DNA of 64,000 nucleotides. Origin: Trichoplax adhaerens (lineage: Eukaryota; Animalia; Placozoa). This document shows positions 27,001-39,900 of this stretch, piece after piece. Numbering within the stretch: the first letter of the stretch is position 1; every line of letters begins with the position of its first letter. The DNA lies in the NCBI RefSeq assembly GCF_000150275.1, contig NW_002060943.1, forward strand, positions 8,192,066 to 8,256,065. The letters are read 5' to 3'. Under the pieces are notes generated by a model that did not search any database, was not told the DNA's origin, and saw nothing but the letters and a program-made list of their open reading frames with translations. A program made the translations under genes and the position numbers.

Positions 27001-30000
27001 TTCTCTATCGCCTGACATCAGATTTAGCTGAAGCCCTTCAAGGTAACATTAGCATAGTAATTTGCACGGTTTTAGATTTTATGGTAAAAGTTATGATGTA
27101 TGTTGCAGATTCATCCAATTGTTGGAAGCATTACTTCTTGGTTTACGAATTTTCTCCACAGTGTTTGACTCTACTTTACGGCCCCAAGTCTAAATATATT
27201 GTAAATAGAGTTTATATTTACCCGTGAAGTTTATATAGATTTGAGTTTGTATTTCGTTACTTACTACTGCATTTGTATTATTCTTGTAACTGTGTTAGGT
27301 GAGAATCAGCTGGTGTGATAAAATGTTTAAACTGCGGTTTAGTTCTATATCGAATGCGAATGCGAATTTCGGTGAAAATCCACATAATTTGATACTTGAC
27401 CATCTTCAACATAAGCTAAATAATAGCAAGGATATTGTAAAATTACTAGAGGTATTGTGGTATTGGAAATGTAATTACTACCTAGAATATACTGCAAATA
27501 TTCGTGCCCATATTCATAATCTTTCTTCTGGTGTAATAGATTTTGCATGGCACTTTCACTCCTCTTAAAGCTTTGCTCAACGTATCCAAGCCTAGATTTT
27601 CGTCAGGGATAAATCCTGTAATTGCAGTATATAAATCATTAATGAGATTCCTCTTTTATACATGTGGATATTGCATATATGCTTAAACATCATAATTTTT
27701 ATCCATGCGTATTCGTTATACAAGTTAATACTTGATTCTTTGCATTGCTTATAACATTTAGAAACTTTCAACAGCGGCTTTGGCTTTTACAGTCTTACCG
27801 TTATCTTGTGATCATCTGCGAATTCAGTTTCGCCATTTCTTTATAATGGATGTACATTTAAAGAATTCAAACTCTGTTATTATTCATGGTTAGTAAAATA
27901 TGATGCTAGGTTATTATACTTTGAAAGTATCCTATTTCTGCGATTGTGTACAAAGTTCGTTAAATGCTTATGTTAAATTCTTGTTGTTGTAGATATGGGA
28001 AAAAATACAGAGGTAGCTGTTATTCCAGGATTTAAAGTATGAGCCAATAACTTTTTGACTTTGCTAATTGTAAATATACCCAATAAAGCAATTATGTTAT
28101 CTTGATTATAACTATTTCGATCATAGGAATTTATAACAAAATTTATCGAGACAGTTGACACCTCAATGGCTTTTACAAACGATATTTCAGAAAGTAATAT
28201 TATGGATACAGAGGATACATATCCTAATCGACCCAATTCTGCGGATAATTCTCATGCTGATGCAACCTTAGCAATTGAAGCATTAAAGGAGATGACGTCG
28301 ACTGTCGAATCTCCAACTCTACCGTTTAGTACCTCGCCATTTATAAGTGGCCATAATTCTAGTCCCCTATTCATCTTTTCCACCTCAGATTTTATACAGG
28401 CCGATAATTCGCCCAGTGGTAGACGAATTGGTGAAAATCATTCATCTCCGCAAGCTTCAGTTCCAAATCAGCTAGCTGCAATTGTTAGCGGTAATGAAAA
28501 TCAAACATTTACTGGAAATTATTTAAATAATCCTCCGACTAAGCTCCAGAAACAAGAATATTGGGCTTCATTGTCTAAAGTATCTACTTTGACGTCAGCT
28601 AGAAGTGATTCTGTTGAAATTAGTCAGGCTGCTTTTGCTAAATTACTGGAACCTGTTAGTACAGGTTAGTAGTTATTTTAATTGACTAGACTAGTTTATA
28701 GAATTAAGGTAGTAAATTTATTAGTGTCCATTATCGAATAATTTATTAAATTTAATTTTTGATTAGATGAAAGTCTGAGTGGTTGTCTGCTGTCTCCCTT
28801 TGAACGTTATCTAAGTTGCGCGTTTCTCTTGCAACAAATTAAACGCTCAGCAAAATCCTGTGATGTATCGGTTGGTATTAGTTTAAGCTGCCCCATCTGT
28901 ATAAGTTACATTAATAAGTGATCCTACGCACAGTATCTAGCTATAAGAATGATTTTTATTACTGATTTTTAGGTAGGTAACGAGACAAGTAGGATTGTAA
29001 ATTTGAGATTTTCCATGGACAATATGAGCGCAGAGGCTATGATTGATGTATCGCATCTGCCTACTTTAAGATTGGGATTGCTATCGTCTAGAGGTGAGAC
29101 TGTGAACTTTCTGCAATATTCATACTTACTGGAATGTACTAATTGTGAATATTATTATAATTGATCAAGATAATTTTATGAAAGAAGATGATGTGCGGAC
29201 TTTAGTGGAGTTTTTTAGATTGAAGGTACAGTATTATAAAATTGACTTATAAAAAAGCAGTGATAATCATTTGTGCCTTACATATACAGTATATCTAGAT
29301 TACAGTACTGTTAGAAAGACCTTCGTGAGAGCATAACTCATCGCTCTAACGTGATTATGATTACATTATTAAAGGTCGCTTCTTATCCATATAAAGCTGG
29401 CAGTCTATCATCCTTCCTAACATTAATTACAGCTCCCGTAAAAATTTTGGAAGATTGTATTAATATAATGAAATTAGAGCTAGTAAGTAACAGTCACGAT
29501 GATTGGAAATAATTAATATTGAGAAACTTTGGTACAATGATCTTATGGCTTATTTTACTGTCAAATTAGTTTCCTGATCCTAAAAGGTCTTGGAAAGTTT
29601 GTTGGTGTTTGACTATACCGCCTAATTGTCCTAAAATTGCCCCACTTGGTTTTCAGGCTGTAGCTTTAAAAGCGAAGTTATTAATTGTTGTACGTGTTAA
29701 GTATTTCGTGAATAACAAGGATGTCCCAATATCTGCATGTTTAATTTGTTGTGTTTAAAACGTTTTTAGTTACAGTTTTGGAAATATGGTGTAACACCCT
29801 TAGTTATTCCCATCGTATGTAGCGTTCAAGATGGTTCTGTGAACGTACTTGATAGTGTATATCCAGATGGCGTAGATTCTAATCTATTAAGTGCAGTCAA
29901 GTCTATCCTCAAATCTCGCAAAGATGTTTACCCATCTTCAAGGGGTATTATACTTTTATCGGCTAGATTTGTTTAAACTGGGTAATGTTTTATTAAAGTG

Positions 30001-30070
30001 TTCTTGTTTTTGTATTACAGACAGGTGTCAACTATTCGAAACTGTTCGAGAAATTTTGGCGAAATTATAA
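21025..30070 (+). CDS. MED14: Mediator complex subunit 14 (many exons)
   Basis: [119 protein letters not shown]; stop at 30068-30070. Confidence 0.95.
23772..23874 (+). other. U12-type (minor spliceosome) GT-AG intron in MED14
   Basis: 5' splice site GTATCCTTG; branch point TCCTTAAT at 23853-23860, about 15 nt before CAG; splicing restores [21 protein letters not shown]. Confidence 0.85.
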
Positions 30071-30625
30071 AGTTTATTAAGAAATATTTCGTTCTTTTTT
30101 GATTATCTCGATGGCCAGATTAGCAATTAACTGAATACATGCAATTCAGGTTTTCAACATATGTTTCATACAGCGGTTGATTGATTGACTTTTTCGAATA
30201 AAGTTGTCAGCGATCAATTAATTACAACACACGCAGCGTGGTATTGCATTCAAACAATTGCAATTATATGGATTTGGAGTATTAATAGCATTAAAATATG
30301 ATCATTTAATTCAATTCCTTAATAGCGATGATCCATTACTAAAAAGTTTTGATTTCTATTATATTACATTAATGTATCAAAGAATTTTTAGTAACTATTA
30401 CTCTAACATACCGGAGAATGCACTTTTTCATGAAGATATATACAGTGATGAGAATTGATAAAATTCACGTTCAAGTAATAGTGTACAGTAAATGTAGCTG
30501 CAAGTAAACTTTCTATATCTATATCAGATTTTTATATAACAAAGCAGCAATATTTGTATTGCTACCATAGGTTTGAATAGAATTTTTCTTGCTAGTTTCT
30601 CCAATAAAATGACTCGATAATGAAG

Positions 30626-33600
30626 CTAATGGGCGATTTCACGGCTTTCATCGAATACATTAGTTTCGTTTATAATTTGATGTTTGTCATTATCAGATTC
30701 TAATACTTCAACGGCATTAGAAGCGTTTTCTGCATCTTCGAGTAACTTTGTGATATCTTGCGATGAATCATCATCGAATAATCCTAGGTCAAGATTTATA
30801 TCAGACGATAAATATTTCGGCGTACGATTTTTACGTCGAAGGGTAACATTTTCGGCAGCTATCTTTCGTATTTCATCAAATGGATTATCATCGCTGATAT
30901 CAGATATTGGAAGACTATTAACTGAATCGAATTGCTTAATATTACTATTGATTAAATCGTTATCAATGGCCGGTTCTTCACTGATGCACTGTAAATCATC
31001 AACATCAAATAGTCCATTTGCTGATGTATTTTCATTATCGTAATCTCCATTTTCTGTAGTTCCATTATCAGAATATTTTATATCGTAGCTATCAGCATTT
31101 GTTGGCTCTCTAGAGTTTGTCTTTTCTTCTGCTAGCATGTCATTGGAAGTAGATGATTTATCTTGTACACCTTCGTCCTCATTACCAGAATTCTGTGTTG
31201 TTGAATTTATGGATAAATTGCTAAAGTTGGGAGCTTCAGATGAAATTAAACCTGGAATGTTGCTCACGTCTCTACGGAAATGTTTCACAAAGTTGTAATT
31301 AGACTAGCTTCTATTATAAAGCCACATTATGCTATCATTATCCGTCCTAAGAATTGGGCATTCTGCATTAGGACTGACGACAACAACACTAATTGATGCT
31401 AAGGCATCTCATAAACTTACCTGACAATTAAAACACCTAATTCAGTTTCTAGCAAATTTTTTAGATTAGCTAAAGATTGACGAGGATCCACCGTAGCTAG
31501 ATGGCAATAGAAACGAATCTAAAATGTATATATAAACAGTGCATTAGAAACAGAATAAAGTAGATGAGCAATCTAGCATAGTTTGCTATGGCAATACGAA
31601 ATTGATACGAATGCTAAGTACCTGGGCAATGTTCATATTTAGGAGGTACATAGCATATTTAAAACTAAAACTGTCTTTATTTTTCCTGCAGTGAAGAGGA
31701 AAGCTAGAGGCAGAAAAAGTAAAAAAATTACTTATTACTATGCACTAAACGGAAATACGTTGAACGCAGTATAAATCCAAATATTATATTATTCATACAC
31801 TTTCTCCTTTTGTAATTGGCTATTGATATAATCAGCGATTGTTGACTTGGAGCCATAGTAGATCATTTGATAGCGCAGAGGTAAGTCGAGTAGCTGAGAT
31901 AAGATGATTAACATGTGGCATGTATAGCCTAGACTGACTGATAGCATGTTGTCGTTGCAAGCTAATGTCGAACGATTAGAATTTATTCAATCCCTGATAG
32001 GAATATTGTTAGATAACATTCATTGATAGAATTAAGATAATTACCGATTGATTTACCATTACCAGCAATAGGAAGTTTTGCCCCACAGATACTGTGTTCA
32101 CCAGGAGCGTCCTAAGAGGAAGAGATTTCATTATAATACTAAATAGTTGAAGTGACCGCACCTTACAACATCAATTTTTCTAATATTAATGTCAATATCG
32201 ATATCTAAATAAAACATTTTATATCATACCTCACAGATAGGATAAATGAAAGATAAATCGGAAGCAAGTTGCCTCCTCCGTTTAAGTAAACTATTTTCAA
32301 GTTTACTTAAAAAATCTTCTCTTTCAAGATGAAGTTTTTGCCTTTTCAAAAGTTCCGATTTAAGTTTATTATAATTTTGTTTGCTGTTTTCGAAATGGGC
32401 AACTGCAAAATTTTTAATGAGCCACATTTTAGTATTGTTATGATTGATCATTTGCAACAACTACAAGAAACTTGTATTGAAATGATTTCGATAAGAACAA
32501 CATAAGTGGTAGATAGTAGTATCTATTATAATGGTAACCTCTATTTCTTAATTCCTTCGTAGTCCTTTCGTTAATATCTTGTTCTATAGATTTAAATTAA
32601 TTAAAAATTATATTTAACAAGCTTTCAATAAAGGTGAACTTACATAAGTAAATTTAACATATTTTTCATATCAAGATTGTTTAACAGGATAGTACCTAGT
32701 TTATTTTCCTCTAGTTGATTTTTCAATTCATCCTGCAGCAGAGATTTTCGAAATTTCACGGCTTCTATCTGACTTAGCTAATTGGGTAAAGCGTTGAAAG
32801 TGCAATTTAAACAAGATCAGAGAAAAGAAATTAAAGCTACATTAGTATCGTTTTTTCATCATATAATACTTACAATATCTGTTTTATATTTCTTTTTAGC
32901 CATTAAGTCATGTATTGTATCCTGTAACTTTTTTATTTTATCTTTCGTTTGAAGAATTGCCTTGCAAGACGTCCGAATCCTTTGATAGTATCATATAAAA
33001 AAAATATTAAAGAAAAAGAATTGAGTTAAATAGTTCAATTTTTTGATTTCAAATGAGCTAAAGAACAAGGTACTAACCGATCTAAACAAGCTGCTGTGTA
33101 GGATGTGCGAACCTAAAATTTAAATATGATAAATATGGAACCTTTATCAATTGTGAAATTACATACACATAAGAGTATTAAGGACAACACTAGTCATTGT
33201 TATGTAATTTTATAAATCGAACGTTTTATTAACTTATGGCATAAGCCTTTAATCTAGGTTATGTCTAAGTTGAACAAAACTATGTTACCAAATTTTTTTC
33301 CACTGTAATGAAAATAGGCTCCCTAAGATTGATCCCTTGTAATCCACTACAATCCTTATTTAACAATAGCACAAGAATACGTTATTACAATTTATAATCT
33401 CACTCAGATGTAATATATTAGTTAATCGAATGGTTTATACCTTAACTCGAGTGAAATTGTAAAATATTATCATATATGTAGTGTAAATATGTCGCATATG
33501 GCTTGCGACATTTATGTAAAAATATATTTTACGTGTCGACCGTATCTTTCTTAGATTAAATTCTTACTTGCGTCGCTGGTGCTGTATAGTAACCCTCTAA

Positions 33601-35943
33601 CATTCCAAAGATAACAGAATTCTGTTCGTACGGTTTTCCATCTTTATGGAGCTAAATTAATAGAGATAAATAAAGGAACATCTAAAGACTTTGCCTAGTA
33701 ATGTAAACCTGAGGTACGATAGGCTACATAACACCATCACATTAAAATTCGATATCATTTCTTCATTAATTGTATCCTTATTCGTTGGCATACATGCACG
33801 TATGCATTTGCTCTACAATAGAGAAATTTTTGCGACGTGTAATCTTTAATACTTACATGTTCTCCAATATATATTAGTCCCTTTAAATCGACGATCCATT
33901 CTATAAGTAGATAGCGCGTATCGACAATTTCGGCCCAAATACGAACAATTAAATCTTGATTTTATAGCCATTTAGTTAAGGTGAATACGATTTATAATGT
34001 AATGCCATATATTGTATAAATTGCTATTAAGTCTATGTTGTCTAGAAAAATCAAGCCTGATCTATCACACAAAGTCTGGACAAGTTTGATACTACTGCAT
34101 GACTTAGGTGTAAATGCTACTTTCTCGTAATCTATTACAGTACGTAAATAACATTGCGAGTATTGGCTGAAATTTCTGTCGTATTGATAGCTTCTTAATA
34201 CGGTTGATAACTGTACTGTAATCCTTGTTAAAAGTAATGATTATGTTTCAATTTACACACTGATAAAAAGCTTCATAAAACGATTTATGACTCGCATGTC
34301 AGTTATCGTAGTATTTACAGTATGTACTGTAATACGTGAAAAATCATTGGTGTATGCTACAATAAAGTCTAGAGAATGATTCCCTGCAGAAGAATTATGA
34401 TCATTGAGAAGCAATATCATGTACGAGCCTTATGTATAATGTCATTTAATCAGTATCAAAGTAGCATGGATTAAATTGATAACGTGGCATAATTTGGAAG
34501 TGGGATACGTGTCGATGAAGTCTGAACATATGATGGAAAATGGCTAGGCTCAAATCCACGCCATGTTGGATTCTTGGAGAATAAAATTGCGATCAATAGT
34601 TTTAATAATAATAATTAATAGTAATTAATACTAGTAATAATAGCGGAAGACAGTGAAAAATTAGGGTATTGTTAGTCGAAATGCAGGGAATACAAACCAG
34701 TGCTAATAGTTTTTCACTGCGGTAGAACTCTATTGGAATAAGCAACAAAATAAGAGTTTTCAGCAATCAGAACAAATGAAGAGAATGTAAACAATAATTA
34801 ATTTTACTTTAATGATATTTCGTTTATAGCAGCATGATCTCTATCTCCCTGATTATAATTATTGAATACAATTGTTGAAGCTATGTAGTTGATCAATTGA
34901 GACTTACCAAGTTGCTGACTATCGCTATGATGTAAGGTAAAGTAGGTATAGAATAACGCATCTCCATTGACATGAGCAAGAGCATCTTGTAATTTATCTG
35001 GTGTTGAAAGATTCCTAGCCGAAATATTGCGTAGATGTCGGATACGTCGCTTATAAAAATGGAGTAGAAATAACTATTAGTGTTGTGATGTGCGATAAAC
35101 ATCAACATTGGATGATGTTAATATTGTATGGCAGTGTTTTACAAGCAAGAAGGAGATTGGATCTCATGGAAATGAATCGCCATCTTCTCATCAAAGTCTG
35201 CTCTAATATATTGTGTTGTATGAAAGCAAGCGCTAATGCCGTATGGAACAGTACTGAATCCTTGAAGTCGGTATCGTGTACTGACTGACCAGTAACGTAT
35301 TATATATATATATATCAACATGTCTGACATAACTACAATACGCACCATTAATAACACGTTGAATACACATCTCTGACTTTCTACAATGTCATTTTCCAGT
35401 CATTGGACAATATAAGACGCAAACTGATTTAAATAGGATTGCAAAATGAAGTGTAGAGTCTATCTAAGGCATTGAACTGGATTCACGATTTATGGTGCAT
35501 ATTTTCGACTGCTTTCATTTCATGTACTGTATTTTTAAGACGAGTCCATCACGTCATGGCATAATTTTTTCATGTTTGTGCACCGCTGTATGGCAGTTTT
35601 GGCTGTTATCTACAGTACACTCTCTCTGCTTTTAGGCTACCGTTATCCATACTATTTTTATGCAATCAATTGGTTGACTATCGACAGACAAGTTAATTTT
35701 CAATGCTATTCTTTCTCGAACCTGACTGTCCATACTGCAGGCAGTGAAATACAGTAAATACAAAAAATGAAGTGGTGGTCGAAATGAGTCCATCCTCTAC
35801 TACCAAGAAATCATTTTTACTAACCAAAATTGATCCTTTTATTAGCTGTACTATAGCATGCTGTTATAGGTGGAGCTAAATACCTGTTGACTAGCCACAT
35901 GGACGTGCCGAATTCGTCGTAAATGATATTTATAGGAAGACAT
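30626..35943 (-). CDS. UVRAG: UV radiation resistance-associated protein (Vps38; PI3KC3 complex II)
   Basis: Spliced MSSYKYHLRRIRHVHVASQQ|RRIRHLRNISARN..YFTLH..|FYRSEKLLAL|NPTWR..LIVRIW..LLIEW (C2 domain), coiled coil, RQLASDLSFIYPI, SLGYTCH..LDLPLRY, FPL..FKYAMYLLNMNIAQ, acidic disordered C-terminus. Confidence 0.92.
33955..34508 (-). other. Probable U12-type GT-AG intron in UVRAG
   Basis: Minus-strand donor GTATCCCAC; branch point TCACCTTAAC (33984-33975) about 20 nt from AAG; no polypyrimidine tract; splicing gives QTSSTH/LIVRIW in frame. Confidence 0.7.
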
Positions 35944-36019
35944 TGGATAAAATGGAGATTTTCTGATTGGATGAAGAAGGTTTGTGGAAAGTATGTACAG
36001 CCACAGCTTGCCAATGCCA

Positions 36020-36935
36020 ACTGACTGACGTGATTTACAGTACTGTACCGGACAGTACATTTTGAAATGTCACCCCAATTTTATATCTATTGTACTGTAG
36101 CGAGCCACTTAGTATACAAAGTCCTTTGAACTGCCAGAGTAAATACCGGACTAGGGTGACACTTAAATTGGAGAGACTTTAAAGAGTCTCTACAGTACAG
36201 TACTGTAGCGCATAGTGAGACAGTTTACAGAGGAGGCAAGCGTGACGGACTGACTGACGCTCCCGATTTAGCTAGCGCAGACTCACCATTCAAGTCAAAG
36301 AGGGGGGTCAAGGGACTACTATGGTTCAAGTGTGCTAGAGTGTCACTATCAAATAGTCCTTGCTAAGATCATCGTGGTAGAGGTAATTCCTTTTAATGGA
36401 GCAGACAAGAGCCAAGAGTTTTGTACACTACATAAAACATAAACGAACTGGATTCCCCAGGAGTACGAAAAGGAAATTAAGAAGTGTAGTCTCTGCCGTT
36501 TAGTGGTCAAAATCAATACACAAATAATCAGTTTGCTGGTCATTTAGAAACGCATCACTACACTTTCTACCGGTGTCCTGTGCAGTGTGCAGTCTTTACG
36601 TCGCATCATACTGTACAGTGTACAATATTTTATACTGTAGACTACAGTACAGCACTGTACTGTACTGTACTGTACTGTACACTTTTAAAGGTCTGTTGGA
36701 TCAATGCTCTACTGTAGTCCCTTGGTACAGTACTGTACAGTTGACTATTGAGTAATGTACTTCCGTACTGTACTTCCGTACTCTATCTCCACAATATCGA
36801 CACTACAGTACAGTCAAATGTACTAGTGCAGCGCTGGATCAAACCAGCCAAACTCTCACATAAAAGCAGACCAATGACTTGGCTAAAGTAGTGCCTTCAT
36901 ACTTGAATCACAACGTGGCACCTTGTCAAAGAAAA
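36020..36935. promoter_or_regulatory. Bidirectional UVRAG/UGGT promoter region with TACAGTA-rich island
   Basis: Between ATG 35943 (-) and ATG 36936 (+); (TACTG)n runs at 36645-36680; tandem TGTACTTCCGTAC x2 (36756-36781); CCAAT and ACGTGGCA near UGGT. Confidence 0.65.
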
Positions 36936-39900
36936 ATGGTGAGTGTTGTCTTGAGAACTTTTCTAATTTTAAACTAGTATTCTACCTGGTAGTTTAGGAG
37001 TTTCCCTTTCAACCCCAGTGAAAAAATTTTCATCAATCGAATAGCAACAATGTAAATGACTTTAAATTGTGAATATGCATAAGAGTCTACAGCAGTTATT
37101 GCTAGTCATCAAAGCGGCTAGTTTCGAAATGAATGATTGAAAAACTTTCTTGGAGGTAATGTCAGCATTGAAGTACATGAAACACACTGGTTACACTAGT
37201 CTACATTGCGGATGCATTTTATAGGACAGCAATTACTCCAAGTATGCTCAATTTTCCTCTTTCCTAGATAGAACATGTTGGAAAAGTTGCTTGCATTCAA
37301 GAAAGACTACTGTATTGTAGATGAGGTTTACATTAATTCAATGTACCAAATATAATTCTCACTCAAAACACTGGTGGATGGTGCACAACAATTTCAATGA
37401 CAATAATGAGTACGTTATATATGCGTATATACTGTACTGTACTGTATATAAAAAATGATATAAAATTTCCATCGGAATGAATTTGTACAGAGAGAGGGAA
37501 AATCTCCAATACTTATTGATAGTTCGAAATTTTAAAAAATTTAGTATGCGCGTACTCTACTGGCTGCTCTGCCTTTCTTTCTTCAGTAGACTCGAATATA
37601 TACAGTACTGTACATTATTGAAAATACGCATTAACAGTGACGATCTTAGGAACTGCTATACGGGCTTCATTCTTATCGGTGTAGATATTATTCTGATAAA
37701 GTAGCAATGAATCGATGTGAAAGCCCAAGTGTTATATAGATGTAATCGATATTGTCTCAGAATGTGTAAACATCGTGCAATATTTGAAGCATTGAAACGC
37801 GGTACATACAATTCATAAAGTAGATGATGTACAAAGTCTATATAGTCTGCTAGATCAGATAAGATTGCTACATAGAAGTATGATCCTGCGCTTCTTTTAT
37901 CAACTTGCGGCTACGTTTCACCCATATTTTTCATGTCTTGTGATGATCTTGATTATACTTTTTGTAATACGAGGACCAATTTGATTATCTATACAGTAGT
38001 ACCAAATCTTGATTAATCTAATTTACCTCTACAACAATTGTGTTATAAATAATAATTTAAAAACTACTGTTTTAATTTCCTTTTTAGGCTTCAAAAGGTT
38101 ATGATCGATTCTTATCGTTTTTACTATGCTCATTATTGATCCTGCCCATTTCATCATTTGACGATAACGTTAAGTCAGTTAATGTAGCATTAGTATCGAA
38201 ATGGCCGTCGACGCCGTTGCTCTTGGAAGTCAGGTAATGCAATACATCTTTACATATACTGTATCTTGTCATTATCATCTAAATTTCTACTCGATTACAT
38301 TATATATATGCTTGACGTACGTATGTCATGGTATCGTATTTTATTGGTCTATCATGAAATAGAATTTCAAAAGATTATTGACGTAAATCTTATACGCGTA
38401 CAGTAGTTACATTTTGAAATAGATTTACATATCCTTGACGCTTACAGTATATCATTACTAGAACTTTAGTAGCATCAGCTATATAAATTACAACAAAGTG
38501 TACTTGTACATGGTGAAAGCTACTTTCTATCTATTAGTATATAAAATTTCTTTCCGGAATATTTTTTAAAATCATGCTGCTTGCTGAAGCGCATTTTCAC
38601 CATGGATGCCTAATCAGTTGCCATTGTTAACTTTTTATATAATCTCACAATAAAATTGTAGCGAATTTATGTCCAAGCAAGGTGGTCAAACATTCTGGTC
38701 GTTTGTTAATTCCATCAATAAATTACCAGATAATTCATCCGATTTAGGTGAGATCAGCTTGTGAACTAATAAATGACGCAATATAGTATCTTTCTGTATT
38801 TGTTTATTTGCTATAAAACACTGCCAACACTGCTATGCAATTATGATGATATATGTGATAAAATGATTTTGTTAGTTATTTTGCGATTAGATTGATGGCA
38901 TCACCATAATTAAATAGCATGCCTACTACAAATAGCTCTCATCTTCTATATCATGCAAGGTACAATAACATACTTATCATTTGATATCATCCCTTTCAGA
39001 TACGTACAACTTTGTCATGAAAAAAGGCCAAGATTTATTACAACCCTTGACATTGGATGTTTTGAAACTTTCCTTATCATTGAGATCGTATTCACCTCGT
39101 GTTGAAATGTTTTTGCAAGTATGAGCTGCAGCACTATTATATCTTAATGTGATTAATCTTATAAAATATAGCGTTACTTGGAACGCAATAATTGTTAACA
39201 AGCAATTGAAGGATTTGTAGTTACTACAATTGACGTGTTCGTAAGTTTAAGTGCTTTGGCTGAAAATTTATTGATAGCGTATCCTAAATAATTTAGATAA
39301 GTCGATACTTCAAAGATAAACCAAAATGTGCTGCTTTTGCGCAATTAAACGGAAAGTTTATATGTACAACGAAGGAGTTGGAAGCAGAGTTAAAATCGTC
39401 AGGATTGCAGTAAGTTAATAAATTGTATGTTAGGTCTTTCCAGTTCTGTTATGGTTTAAGCAATTGATATAATCTCTTTACTATTTTAAAAATAGAATTT
39501 ACTATAGAATGAAATCAATATTAATATGGATGTATTCGTATGGTATTGTAATTATGACTAACGATTAGTATTATCGCAGTTCGGAACCGGAACTCTATAC
39601 ATTTGATCATATTTATCCAACTTCGGCGCAAGCCAGTGACCTTCCTGTCGCTATTCTGTATGGTCAACTAGGCGAAAATCATTGTAGGGAATTGCATTCG
39701 TTTCTTTACAAAAGAGCCAAGGATGGCCAAATCAAATACGTATTTAGACACTTTGTTGTGGTAAGAACTGATTACCGCTTTGCTAATTTAAGAAATATTA
39801 TGATTACTATTGACTTGACAACAACTAATAGTCAAAGTCACGCTTGTACGATATTATTTAGAATGAAGATCAAGAGAGATTATCACTATCCGGTTATGGT

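Noticed and set aside
30684-31043. Antisense ORFs (also 17975, 19523, 22932, 27345, 27973, 38977, 40175)
   Set aside because: Shadows of real exons on the opposite strand.
31581-31597. RFX X-box-like TTTGCTATGGCAAT
   Set aside because: Single imperfect match inside a 3' UVRAG intron, far from any ciliary-gene start.
36066-36350. TGTCACCC/TAGGGTGACA as hAT-Blackjack TIRs
   Set aside because: Best pair is in the wrong orientation, the alternative pair is imperfect, and there is no TSD.
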